NCBI GenBank assembly: GCA_965637545.1
Contig: OZ281494.1
Span: forward strand, 12,524,001-12,588,000
DNA: 64,000 nt
DNA from: Phallusia mammillata
Taxonomy: Eukaryota
Direction: 5' to 3'
In this document: one piece after another, positions 11,761 through 23,263 of the stretch
Layout: the number at the start of each line of letters is the position of its first letter
How positions within the stretch are numbered: position 1 is the first letter of the stretch
Position numbers and translations under genes: made by a program
The notes under the pieces: model-generated
Seen by the model: the letters and a program-made list of their open reading frames with translations, nothing else
Told to the model about the DNA's origin: nothing
The model's database searches: none

Positions 11761-14700
11761 TTATCTTGGAGAAGAAGCCTTCTTTCCTTCTTCCCTCCAG
11801 GTATTGGTGTCCCAACTATTTCGAAATTTTGTTTCAATGCTAGGTTCAGAACCTAGACCATAAATAAAAACATCTGATTACATAATCATTAAAAAGCCTA
11901 AACGATAAATTATTACCAAGGCATATGCGCTTGAAAAGTCCGAAAGAAAAAATTATTCAACATACCTGACACAACAAGTAGTGTGTTGCCATGACTTGCC
12001 GAGAGAGACACAATTGACATATCCACTGGAAGATTATGAGGTGTAACTTCTTGGGGTTCAAAGGTGGTTTTGGATGATGAACTAGGGCGACCCAACTGAC
12101 CTCGAGATGGTTTACCCCACGAATACAACTTTGCATCACTAGTTGCAGCCACAGTAAATGTACCCCCACAACTGACAAACTGAAATCTGTATGAAACAGA
12201 TTTTAGATTTGTTTACAAAAGGTATATGTTGTAATCAATATAAGTTATGCTCCTTTCATTGTTTAACATCCAGTACTATTGACCACCACTGTAGGTGCAA
12301 AGGACAGTGCCAATATTATGTGTAAACTTACCCAGGACTGGAGTCAATTTTTACTTCATTAGGAATACGAGACACAGTGGTCTTACTTGGACTTAAACCA
12401 AGTTGCCCATGTGCATTGTTTCCAAACATAAACAACCGCCTGTCTTCTGCAAAGCAACAGTCAAGATATGTAAGCCCCAAGGTTATCATTTAAACCATAC
12501 AAATTGTTATTTATATTAGTGTCAAGCAAACTAGAATTAATGATTTACTACAAAAAAAGTACAAAGAAGGAGATTTTTTTCCATTGCTAAAAAGCGCAAA
12601 ATCAACATTTTGTTACATGATAGCAGTCAGTTACTTCAACAAACGTTTTTAACATACACTGTGACAACATAAGGCTTGTGCAAAATTTTTTGTTAAAGAT
12701 GGCAATGAAAACTTGTAGCTTACCTGTTATAACTGCAGAATGTTGCATGCCCAGTGCAACCTTGTAAATATTTCCAAGAGAAAGTGGCTCTGAGCGAAGT
12801 GGAACAAAACAAGACGCTTCATCAGTTTGCTTTGTTATCTGATTGTTGTGAACAACATCCAAACCTAATCTAAATTGTGCATGAGAACTCCATAAATTCT
12901 GTTGTATTTTTTATGTCAAGAAAGGGCAGAACACAAATATTTAGTCTGTTGACTTTACATGTAAATTAATTTACTTTACTGTTAGCCTAAAAATTTATAT
13001 GAAAACAAATAACAGTTTATCTACTGTATTGACCATTACTGTTGGTATTGACTTTCACAACAGGCTGGTTGCTCAACTACACAAATGGCTGTAGTTTTGA
13101 CCTACCTGTTATGGACGTTACTTCCACATGCAAGAAGCATTTTATTTCGTGTTAGAATCATTGAATAATCCGACCCACAATGAACAGATAGTGGTTCTAT
13201 TTGTTCTGGGATTGGGACTCGGGTCGGAACACTTTGAATATCATCAGAACTTAACCCAAGTCGACCTGAAATAGCCAACAAAAAACACTTTTGGGCAAAC
13301 AGTAATGTGTTAAAATTGATCATACAGACATAACGGCCTAAAAAGAATAAATCTTGGCACTGTTCATGTATTGCCTTATTTCTATCTACAAAAATACACA
13401 TCAAAAACACATTGCCTTACCATTGTCACCTCTTCCCCAGGCAAAAACTTCATTGTCACTTGTTACTGCCAACATGTGATACGAACCAGTTGCAATTTGA
13501 AGCAATTCACAGCCAAGCAGTTTTTCAACAATAGTTGGCTAAAACAATGTTAAGATTAGAATTTTTGCTTTTTTAAACACCTGGTTTTCATTGTAAATAT
13601 AGAAGGCCCAAGCAATAAAATGCAGCAACACTTGGACAGGAACTAATATGTTTTATTTCAATAATAAGACTAACTGAACCCAAAGCAAGTTTTGCAAATA
13701 AGGTGCACTCTATGACTTTATCCTTAAAAACCTTTTCTATATCCTGCAATGTTCCATGACCGAGACAACCATTGCTTCCACTTCCAAATGTCATCAGTAT
13801 TCCCCTGTCGGTCAGACATGCTGTGTGCAAATCTCCACAAACAACTCTATAAAGCCACACAAATGAATCATGGAACTAATTGTGCAAAGAACTAGTTATT
13901 TGAAAGTCTAAATTCAAAGTTTAGGCAGGCAATTAAAAGGTTTGAAGTTGGGCTTCATACTAGCATAACCTCTCCCTACTCCCAGCTCACAAAATAGTGT
14001 TCAAAATGGAATAGAGGTGCAAAAAATGATTTCATCAACTTACTGTTTAATGCTCACACCAGAATGACCCTCCATAAACCTGGGCACAAATGATGGAATA
14101 TTTTGCGAGTCACCCAAAGCCCCTGGTAGTGCTGAACCTGCAGTGGCCTCCCACATAATAAGCCTTCCATTATTTGTCACACAAGCTTTTTTCGTTCTGC
14201 CAATTGTTGCTTGAACAACCTTAACACAAGAGGATGTACTGCTAATACATAACAGTATACAGTACAAGACCAATTAACATGAAACAATAATTCAAAACAT
14301 TTTCGGAAAAAATAATCATTTTCAAAGCCATTTCACACAATGCATGTCTGCAAAGTCAGAACTTTTGTTCTTGCATACCATTAGCTCACAGGTCATTTTT
14401 TATGTTTATTCTAAAGATACTGCTTTTTACAAAAGGTTTATGCATATGCTCATTCTCAACCTGTGTATCAGAGTGTGGCAATGGAAGCTTAATTGGTGAT
14501 GAAATTCCTCCACCCCAGTTGTACACACAGTAGTGATAAGGATTCTTGTTCTAAATGAAATTAAAAGATCAATTTTAAAAATGTTGACAATTTCTGCCAT
14601 TAAATTACTCCTTAACAATGATGCTAAACAGAAGACTCACAGAGGAAATAGATTCAACAGACATCGTAGATGATGTGTGATGAAGGGAACTACCAGTCTT

Positions 14701-17111
14701 ACGACGCACACCAAGTGGTACAGATGATTTGGCATTTCTATGAATGAAAATTTGGATTGCTATTTAAATTGAGCACTAAGCGTTGACAAGAAACAATTGG
14801 ACAGGTTTCAAATCAGTACAGATCAACTAAAAACTACATGGTTACATTCGATGCCCCAAAGAACATCTGCACTAACAAGTGAATTTGCATGGATTCCTTA
14901 CCTCCATGACTGCGTCTGTTTTTTACATTATACTGATATCAAACATTTGCGCTGATACCAGTTACTTATGAGAAATAGCAAATTGGCCTTCCTGACCTAA
15001 CAGTTCAATTTACTTACACTATTAACACAAACCAAAGCTTTCAATACAAGCAACAACAGCAGACATCATTGTGTTAAATATATGTCTAAACATCTATACA
15101 TCCAAAGTACTTACTTTACTTCTACAGCTCCAATATTGCAGTATATATCTAATTGGGAGTACATGAGGACAGGATAGCACATAAGTTGATGAGCAGATGG
15201 TCGATTAGAAGGTTCCCCATTTAACATAAGTTTTAGCAAATCAGTAATACTTGAGCTGTACATCTTGGGAAAGTCTGTGTTGTAACCACACTTGACGATC
15301 TTTATCACAAGTGCTGGCAAATTCTACAGAAGAAACATTTCGTAGTAAGGATTTGGTATTTAGGGCTAAGTAATTGAGTTTGCCCCACAGAAACCATACA
15401 TTTAATATTTAAGTTGAATACTAATGCAAATAGTTTTATTCTGCAAAACTCTCAAAAACATAGAACATAAAAAAAACAAATATATTTGAGATATTTTTTT
15501 ACCTGTGCCTCAAAAGCTTTTTTAAGCATCAGCAGTTCATAAAGTGTGCAACCAAGTGCCCATATATCACTTTTCTGGTTGTATGGATCACCCCTACATT
15601 GCTCGGGTGAAATATAACATGGTGTACCTACAATCTATAGAAATAATAAAAGAAACTGGTTAAAAGAAAGATATAAATATTTAGATTTTATTTCATAATT
15701 TACTTCAAAGAACAAAACTAATGATAGTGTTTTTTTATTATGTCAAATTAATCTTGGCTTACACTGAAAGCCTTGGTTTTGGTATTCAAAATTTTTGAAA
15801 TCCCAAAATCCGATATTTTGCACACAGTGCACTTTCGATCCAGCAAAATGTTTTGAGTTTTTAGATCGCGATGTAAAATGTTTTTGGAATGAATATGCTG
15901 CAACGCTTCAACTATTTGCATGAAAAAGCTCAAGACTTTCTGAAATAACAAGTACATGTTAATGAACACCAACTGGATGCTCTAAATTAGAGGTTTCTTA
16001 ACCAGGGGTGTGAGAAATGATGTCAATACAAGGGCTCACTCAGACCTACCTAAGTTAGGACTAGATTTAGAATATTTATAGAATACATAACACACCAAAA
16101 TATACAAATTTAAATTAAGATTATATTGCCACATAGCAGAGTTTTAACTTTGACGATTTTTTCCCCAGGTAAAAAACACCCAAAATACAGGTTGTTAGTT
16201 TTGTTCCGGCTTCTCAATGTTCTACTTACAGTTTCTTTTAGATGCGATTTTTGTTGCTTTAAGTAGTCATGTAAGGTGCCACCTGAAACAAAGGCAGGTT
16301 TTGTAATAAATGGGAAATATATTTATTTGCCACAGAGACAAAATGAAAAACACGTAAGTGTATTCTGTTGGCAATCAAATTTGTATAACAACAAAAATGG
16401 TGGAGCACCCTGAGCAAACCAATTGTTTATAATTTACCAACCTTGTGCATATTCCATTGCGATCACGAGTTTATTGCCTTCCAGAAAGTTCTCATAGTAA
16501 TGGATTATATTGGGATGGTTCAATACCTGTGAGGTCAAGTAACAGCTGAATAAGTTAAGTTTATTTTACTTGGTGAAAAAACACATAGAGACACAATAGC
16601 ACTTAACAATTACCAAGCTGGGAATACTTGCAAGCGTTGAAACATTAAGGAGAGCAAAACAGTGGATCATGACAAAACTTACTATATTATTTTATGAAGT
16701 GTTACATGGAACACAGGCCATAAATAGAAATAATGTGTTTCGACACAAATTACTTTTCATCACCTTTTTTAAAATCTGAACCTCGTTCAATGAACTTGCC
16801 CGTTCCTCAGCTGTTAAATCTTCCATTGAAATTTCTTTTAAAATAAGCAGCTTTTTGTCTGAGAGCCTCATTGCCAAATTAACAAGGCTACAAATCAAAA
16901 GCAAAATATTTTTTATGAAATTTGGAAGACACTGTTTTATATGTTTTTCGGACAAACATGCACAGATTTTGTACAATTATTTTTATTATAATATACAAAT
17001 TTATGTCTTAAACAAAAACATTATGTACGATTAACGAATAAATGGCTAAAAATGAAAAACCTACCCAAATGCTCCCTTTCCAACAACCTTCACTTTTTCG
17101 TACTTTTCCAT
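11761..17111 (-). CDS. NEK8: NIMA-related kinase 8 (kinase + RCC1 repeats), 17 exons, about 718 aa
   Basis: Exons 17111-17065, 16887-16764, 16526-16442, 16282-16230, 15939-15763, 15634-15503, 15323-15115, 14737-14641, 14550-14461, 14219-14044, 13846-13732, 13538-13421, 13265-13106, 12869-12724, 12446-12332, 12186-11966, 11852-11761, all in phase. [46 protein letters not shown]1 blades [29 protein letters not shown] and [12 protein letters not shown]. Confidence 0.93.
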
Positions 17112-17468
17112 AATTTAAAGTCTTTTAGGTAACAATCAGTTCACAGAACCTTGATGCCACAAAGCATAACTATTTTTAAGCAAACATATTTTCTGCAAGC
17201 ACCAAGTAATTTTGAAGTGGACCATGTTTAACATGGATATAGTATTGCTAGTAGTATGCATGAAATACATTGAACATATAAAAGTTTTGACCACATGTTT
17301 GATACACCACATAACAGCACTCGGTCAATAAAACATGCCTTGTTAAAAAACCATTCTCTGTGTAGTCCGAAAAGGATTTGTAATTCTCTGTGTAACTCTG
17401 AAAAGGGTTGTAAAAATTACACTAACAAATAAATGCTGACATACCCACAGCCACAGTGCAAAATTGTG

Positions 17469-18527
17469 CTACCTGACAATTTGTGTAACTGTAGATGAGC
17501 TTTCACAATCCATTGAACTAACTAGCTTATTGTGAGCCATGGAATGCAGAATTTCAAAATCCATTTTATTTGGAAGTAGCTGAAGACTATTCAACATAAA
17601 ATCACTTTGTGGATCATGTTTTGCTTCTAACATAGCACAGCTATGCAGCAGCAAGCGCTTTGGCATTGGTCTAACATACTCATCTGTAAAACGATGCAGT
17701 GGAATGTTCAATTCATGGTCAGGTGCATTCAGTAATAAATGTTCTGGGTTAATTCTATTGGAATCGTGGATATCTTTGTGTGCAGACAAACTTGTGATTA
17801 ATTGTTTCTTGTTGGTCCAAACAAAATCATCTTGCTTCAAATCTGGGTTGTAATCAGGGTCTGAAATAAATAATTTTCCAGCTTTTGCTTGCTTTGTGCT
17901 ACTTGCATTTGATTTGACAGCCACATCCAAGGTTTTGTCCTTTTTCGGGGAGTTTACTTTGCGCTGTTTGGTCTTCTTTGAACCGGTTGGTGCCATTGAA
18001 ACAACTTTATTAAACAAAGCGTCTGCAATTTTGCTCAAGGCCTCTTCTTCTGCAGGACTAACCATGGTGTACAAATTCTCCCCATCCTTGCTATAATTTC
18101 CTTGTCCAGGTAGAGCAATGTCTAATAATTCCGGAGATATTAACAGTTCTTCAATTGCATCAGCAACTGATTTGTATCTTCCTTCTTTGGTGTACTTGTG
18201 AAGCGTCATCATAGATTTTTTAATTACTACCTGTAAGTCATTTTCTGTTGGTTTGGCCATCATTTGGTACAACACTGGGGGTGTCATGAAACGGTATTTG
18301 TGGATTAGAAATTTATCACGCTCAAGAAGCGCATCTATTGCTTCAGCCAGTGTGCTATACTTAAAGCAGAACCATTGAAATCGCTCTATGACCTCAACAG
18401 GTGCATATCCAAAGTTGTACAGTGTAGTGGAGTGACTTGGGTCATTTTCTGTATCTTTATGGCTTTCTTCCTTTGATGTATAGCTAACACATTCTACATC
18501 AGTTTCAACAGCTGTCATTACAACCAT
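17469..18527 (-). CDS. Uncharacterised intronless protein (about 352 aa) with two RHH-like motifs and a basic NLS-like segment
   Basis: 1.06-kb open frame in AT-rich DNA with protein-like composition. First ATG at 18527 lies 13 nt after an acceptor-like TCCTTTAG (18541). The end AG|GTAG could instead be a splice donor. Confidence 0.75.
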   Translation of the reverse strand: MVVMTAVETDVECVSYTSKEESHKDTENDPSHSTTLYNFGYAPVEVIERFQWFCFKYSTLAEAIDALLERDKFLIHKYRFMTPPVLYQMMAKPTENDLQVVIKKSMMTLHKYTKEGRYKSVADAIEELLISPELLDIALPGQGNYSKDGENLYTMVSPAEEEALSKIADALFNKVVSMAPTGSKKTKQRKVNSPKKDKTLDVAVKSNASSTKQAKAGKLFISDPDYNPDLKQDDFVWTNKKQLITSLSAHKDIHDSNRINPEHLLLNAPDHELNIPLHRFTDEYVRPMPKRLLLHSCAMLEAKHDPQSDFMLNSLQLLPNKMDFEILHSMAHNKLVSSMDCESSSTVTQIVR

Positions 18528-18817
18528 GATACCTGGCAACCTAAAGGATAAAATTATAACCTAATGTAAACAAAGTTTGCATGGACGTTTAAGGAAAGAG
18601 TTGGATTGAGCATTAACCTTTATACTTTAATGTCAATGTACATACACATAAAAAAGTCATGGCTTCTCTTCTTACAATATTATCTGTAATCAATCATCGA
18701 AAATAACTCATGTTGAAAATTAAACATTATTTATAGCAATATATACTATAGAAAAGTAGTTATTATGTGATGTTACACCTAACCAATGGTGGCAGTGTCT
18801 ATTTGGAAACACATATT

Positions 18818-19750
18818 TTATCCGAACAAAAAATCCATTGCTTTGGTGATCATGGTGTTCGTTTTCTGTGGTGTGGAATTGTTCACTTGTGGACTTGAGG
18901 AATAGACAGAAGCTGACAGATTTCGAATTGGCATAGTTCTCTGACTCATGTTGTGAGGAGAAGTAACAGATATTGAGCTTTCTTCTAAAAGTGATTGACC
19001 CTCTCCATTCGGTATAGAATTGCAAGCCATAACTCCCAACATCATATTGTCACATAAAACTTTACCATTTCTGCTGAGTGCCTTTTTAGCTTGCAGAAGT
19101 GTTTCATAATGGATGTGTATCCAATTTCCACCGTTACCTGCTACATGATAAGACAAAATTGTACCAAACTGGGAAAACTGCTTTAAAATGAGTGACGTCT
19201 GCTGAGGAGGAAAACCAAACACAGTCACCCAAGTGCTTGTGATTGCCTGTGGGGATACAAAGCTTTCTGATGACATGCCTTCATGTGACGGAGATGTCAT
19301 TAAAACAGAATGTCTGCTTTGTTCATTCAATCTTGAGGGTGAAACATTTCTTGTAGGTGAAAAAAGTTTCATGTCCGAACCAAATCGTTCTCGTTGGCTT
19401 GCATGCTTTTCCAGCATCGCGATATCATCCATTAGTGTTGCAAGTGGTGGTGCACCTCCTTTTTCCTTGATATGTGCATCACTGCCAGTGCTAAGTAACC
19501 TGTAATGCTCATCAGGTCGTTGAGATGTTGATCTCTGCATAGTTTTTTGGCCAAACAGTGGAGAAGTAGATGGTTGATGCTTGCTTCCTGTAAGTGACTG
19601 GTTCAAAGGAGCTGGTGAACTCACTTGTGAAAGGTTTCCCATTAGGAAACCAGGCAGAAACTGGTGGCCATGACCTGATGGATTGCTTGGTGAAGTTGTA
19701 ATATTTGTTGCCAATGGAGATCCAAGATGCATTGGTTCAGCCGAATCCAT
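18818..19750 (-). CDS. NUP35: Nucleoporin Nup35/Nup53, intronless CDS, 310 aa
   Basis: EPMHLGSP, FLPGFLMG, GAPP, RRM-like WVTVFGFPP..ILKQFSQFGTI..NWIHIHY..QAKKALSRNGKV, PIRNL, and terminal amphipathic helix ITKAMDFLFG. First ATG is 19750; the track's 19771 start is a TTG. Probable 5' UTR intron at about 19778-19902. Confidence 0.95.
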   Translation of the reverse strand: MDSAEPMHLGSPLATNITTSPSNPSGHGHQFLPGFLMGNLSQVSSPAPLNQSLTGSKHQPSTSPLFGQKTMQRSTSQRPDEHYRLLSTGSDAHIKEKGGAPPLATLMDDIAMLEKHASQRERFGSDMKLFSPTRNVSPSRLNEQSRHSVLMTSPSHEGMSSESFVSPQAITSTWVTVFGFPPQQTSLILKQFSQFGTILSYHVAGNGGNWIHIHYETLLQAKKALSRNGKVLCDNMMLGVMACNSIPNGEGQSLLEESSISVTSPHNMSQRTMPIRNLSASVYSSSPQVNNSTPQKTNTMITKAMDFLFG

Positions 19751-20402
19751 TTCAACAACAGTATTTAACAAAAAAGACTAAAATATATTTGGAATCGAAC
19801 AAAATATGTTTTCAGTTTTTTGCTGCTTAAAAACAGTAAAAGGAGGTTGAAGCTAAACACACCAAGAGTATTTTGTTTGCACAAAAACCAAATATACATA
19901 CCATAGTGTTTTACTTTTATCAATGGCTAATTGTACTTAAGCTATTTGTCGCAATTGTTTGTTGTTACAAATCAGTGTGGTTTTACCAAATTAACTTGAA
20001 CTACCACATTAACAAACAATAATATGTTAGACCAACAATGAAGTAACATAATTTACCCTTTTTTACTTGCTAATATGTAAAAAAATATGTGATACATACA
20101 ATCCTACTGCACCTATAGTATAATATGTGTAAATTTCATGTTGATAAAAGACGTTTATGGCCAGCACATATGGAATATATTTGGGTAAATATGTTGTCAT
20201 ATTTATAGATGTTACGCTATGTTCCCGAAATGCTTGTACATTTAGCAAAGGCTCATTTTGAAACTTAAGTTTCACAGAACATTTTGTGCAAGTGTGGCAT
20301 TGATGCGATAACGCCATCATGTTTATATCGATAGATGTTAATGTATGCGTATTAATAACTAAAAAATATTTACTTTTCAATAGTATGTGCGCTGAAAATC
20401 CT

Positions 20403-23263
20403 ACGCGATCCTGGCAACCAGCAAAAAAAGGCTCCAGCAACCACGCAAGGGGTTCACTTTAGACCCCAATATCTCGCGAACCAAACGAAGCTGAACAGAA
20501 AAATTTTAAAACAATACTTTTCAAAGCATTAATAAACCATCAATGGCACTCGTTTGAAAAAAAATTAAAACCACGAATATTAATACGCTTATGAATATGA
20601 CTGCCTAATGCTCTGTGATACGTTTCGCGGCATAAAAGCCAATGACATATTCTGTTTCTGCAGAGCATGCCGTTTTCAAAAAGCCCTAACTCGGTATTTG
20701 AACTTCGGGGGCTCTGCTCCGAATACTAATTTGAAGTTCATAACTCGCGCATAATGTCGCCGTTCCCGCTCGCCAGCAATCAATGACGCGCGACAGCTTA
20801 AAATGTTCAAAAATAGGTTCACTTCCGACCCCAATATCTCGCAAACCAAAACCTCCGGTTTTCCGACTGGCTCAAATCGTGAAGGCCGGACCTTTTGATA
20901 GTCATTACTATGTTTTTTTGACAAACTTTTTACTTGACAAAATTACTGATAATATTTAATATGACTGTTAATATTAATATGAAATATTAACCAAATAAAT
21001 AATCAATTTTATTTAAACGGTTTGTACACTGCATTTGTCACAGTACCAGACTACATTTTTGTCACAAACATTATTTGGAACTGTTACCTTTACACAGCCA
21101 GGGTGCTACCATTCCTTACATCTGTCGCATTCAGTATAAAACTGCTTATTGTCATAGCTAACCTACACTTGCAGTAAACTGGAATCTCAAAGGAGTCGCT
21201 GATGGGCTTTGTAACTGCCGGACCAGAAATTATTTCGTTCGGAGAAACTTTTCTGTTTTTCAGCCACTTTCCAATCATCTCGCGCAAACTCGCCTCCTTA
21301 AACTCCGCGTCTTCAGGTCGCATACCGATGCAAAGCGCAGCAGCAAATGCTATCGCGAACGGACCGCAGTTTCCTGATCCTACTCTCTGTCGAGACACAT
21401 GGGGGAAAACACAATTATTATTTTTGTTTTTACAGGTAATAAGTTTTGAAACGGGGAGTTGTTCTTCTATCTTGTATTTTGTGTTACCACTGTCGTAAAT
21501 CATAACAGTGGAGTCATTGTCTGAAAATACATTGGACGCAGTAACCCAGTGATTGCCCTGGACATTTATAATTTGAACAAATTTTTGCTGAGGTGTGTAA
21601 ATAGGGGATGTGTCCGTACAACCTAAAACGCGAAACAACTTTGCAAGCCTCCAATATGAGGAAACTGCTCAGAAAGAATGTTCATTGCTGAGTCTATGTG
21701 ATTATCGCCAAGCCACCAAGTCATCTGACGTTAAAGAAAACTTCGTTTCCCACTTTGTTGCACAACAGCGCCGAGCTAAACCTGATTGTTCGTGCTCGCA
21801 TAAACCTTTTGTTAATTGACGCTGATTTCTCTTCTTTGCATTGACCTTTCACTGAAGTGTTGAGCCAAAGCAGTCCCGCAGAGACACTGCGGGAGGTTGC
21901 CGATACTTTCACATGTATTTATCTATAGCTGTGAGCCCGTTTTTGCCACTTTTTTCAGCTTCCCTTGATGCTGTTTGTTTTCGCTTTCTCTTTTCACCTA
22001 TCCTTATACCATCTTTGTACTCGCGAACCAACCCAAGATGACTGTCTGCATAAACTTGTGCAAACTCATGTAAGCCTTTAAATATTCTTTCTTGACACCT
22101 AGTCCTTTTTAGTTCCTGTTGACTTTTTTCCATAATGCCTTGCGTTCGATTGTCTTTGGTAAAGTTCTGCTCAGTTCTTTTCTGCACTTCATTGTAAAAA
22201 TCAGAATAACCTTTATAAACCTGAGTTTCACCGTGTCGACCAACATTCCCAAGCATCAAACTTGACCACAAGGCCAGTTTGGGAAGTGTGTACTTGATAA
22301 ACTTTTTCATTAATTCAGGACAATAAAATTCGTTATCCTGCCCACCGTTTAAAACAGACAATTTTGCCTTTTCAATAACCTCACCAAAATAATCTGTAAA
22401 CGGATTGCCTCCACTGGATCTGCTTCAAATTCAATGGTTTCTCTTTCTTCTGTTTCATTTTTACTGCCTTTTTGAATAGTTTCACGTGCAATTTTTGTTT
22501 TAAACAATAAGCTTCCAATTGACAAGAATTCGTTCCGCAAGAGGATAGTTCTCAAAGAGAATAGAACGTCTCTTTGTTTGCTTAGTGAATATATACCATT
22601 GTCCTTAAGATAACGCACGAGCCCGTGATTAAAAGACTTTGACCGCCTCGGAGCACGGAGATGCGGAACAGAAGAACCGCGCGTCGCAGGTATCGCCTCA
22701 CGCAGCGCACGTTCAGTCAAGGTGCAAGTAAACAACTTTGACCCAGAAAAACAAGTCCTAACTTGCACAAAAACAAGTCGAAATATACAATTTATTTTAT
22801 ACACTAAAATATGAGAGTTTTACACTAAAATATGAGACTATAAAAAAATATCTTTTAGGCCATTTTCATCGGTCGCGCGTCATTGATTGCTGGCGAGCGG
22901 GAACGGCGGCATTATGCGCGAGTTATGAACTTCAAATTAGTATTCGGAGCAGAGCCCCCGAAGTTCAAATACCGAGTTAGGGCTTTTTGAAAACGGCATG
23001 CTCTGCAGAAACAGAATATGTCATTGGCTTTTATGCCGCGAAACGTATCACAGAGCATTAGGCAGTCATATTCATAAGCGTATTAATATTCATGGTTTTA
23101 ATTTTTTTTCAAACGAGTGCCATTGATGGTTTGTTAATGCTTCGAAAAGTATTGTGTTAAAATTTTTCTGTTCAGCTTCGTTTGGTTCGCGAGATATTGG
23201 GGTCTAAAGTGAACCCCTTGCGTCGTTGCTGGAGCCTTTTTTTGCTGGTTGCCAGGATCGCGT
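20403..23263. mobile_element. Mutator/Foldback(NOF-FB)-like DNA transposon remnant with 392-bp inverted repeats
   Basis: 20403-20794 is the reverse complement of 22872-23263 with about six mismatches counted by eye. The interior has decayed transposase C-terminus, protease and PHD coding sequence. No TSD is visible at these boundaries, and the superfamily call is from recalled motif resemblance. Confidence 0.85.
21013..22640 (-). pseudogene. Frameshifted transposon ORF: transposase C-terminal part + Ulp1/C48-like cysteine protease + PHD finger
   Basis: NEFYCPELMKKFIKYTLPKLALWSSLMLG..RTQGIMEKS resembles the region of the last DDE Glu. Ulp1-like motifs WLGDNHIDSAMNILSEQFPHIGGLQ, NHWV, IYDS, QRVGSGNCGPFAIAFA. 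PHD YCKC/YDNKQFYTECDRCKEW*HPGCV..WYCDKC. Several frameshifts and an in-frame TAG. Confidence 0.82.

Noticed and set aside
9220-11761. Aurora as a fourth cistron of the NUP35-orphan-NEK8 cluster
   Set aside because: The gap is about 1.6 kb and contains a MITE and a separate promoter-like patch. Not excluded, but unsupported.
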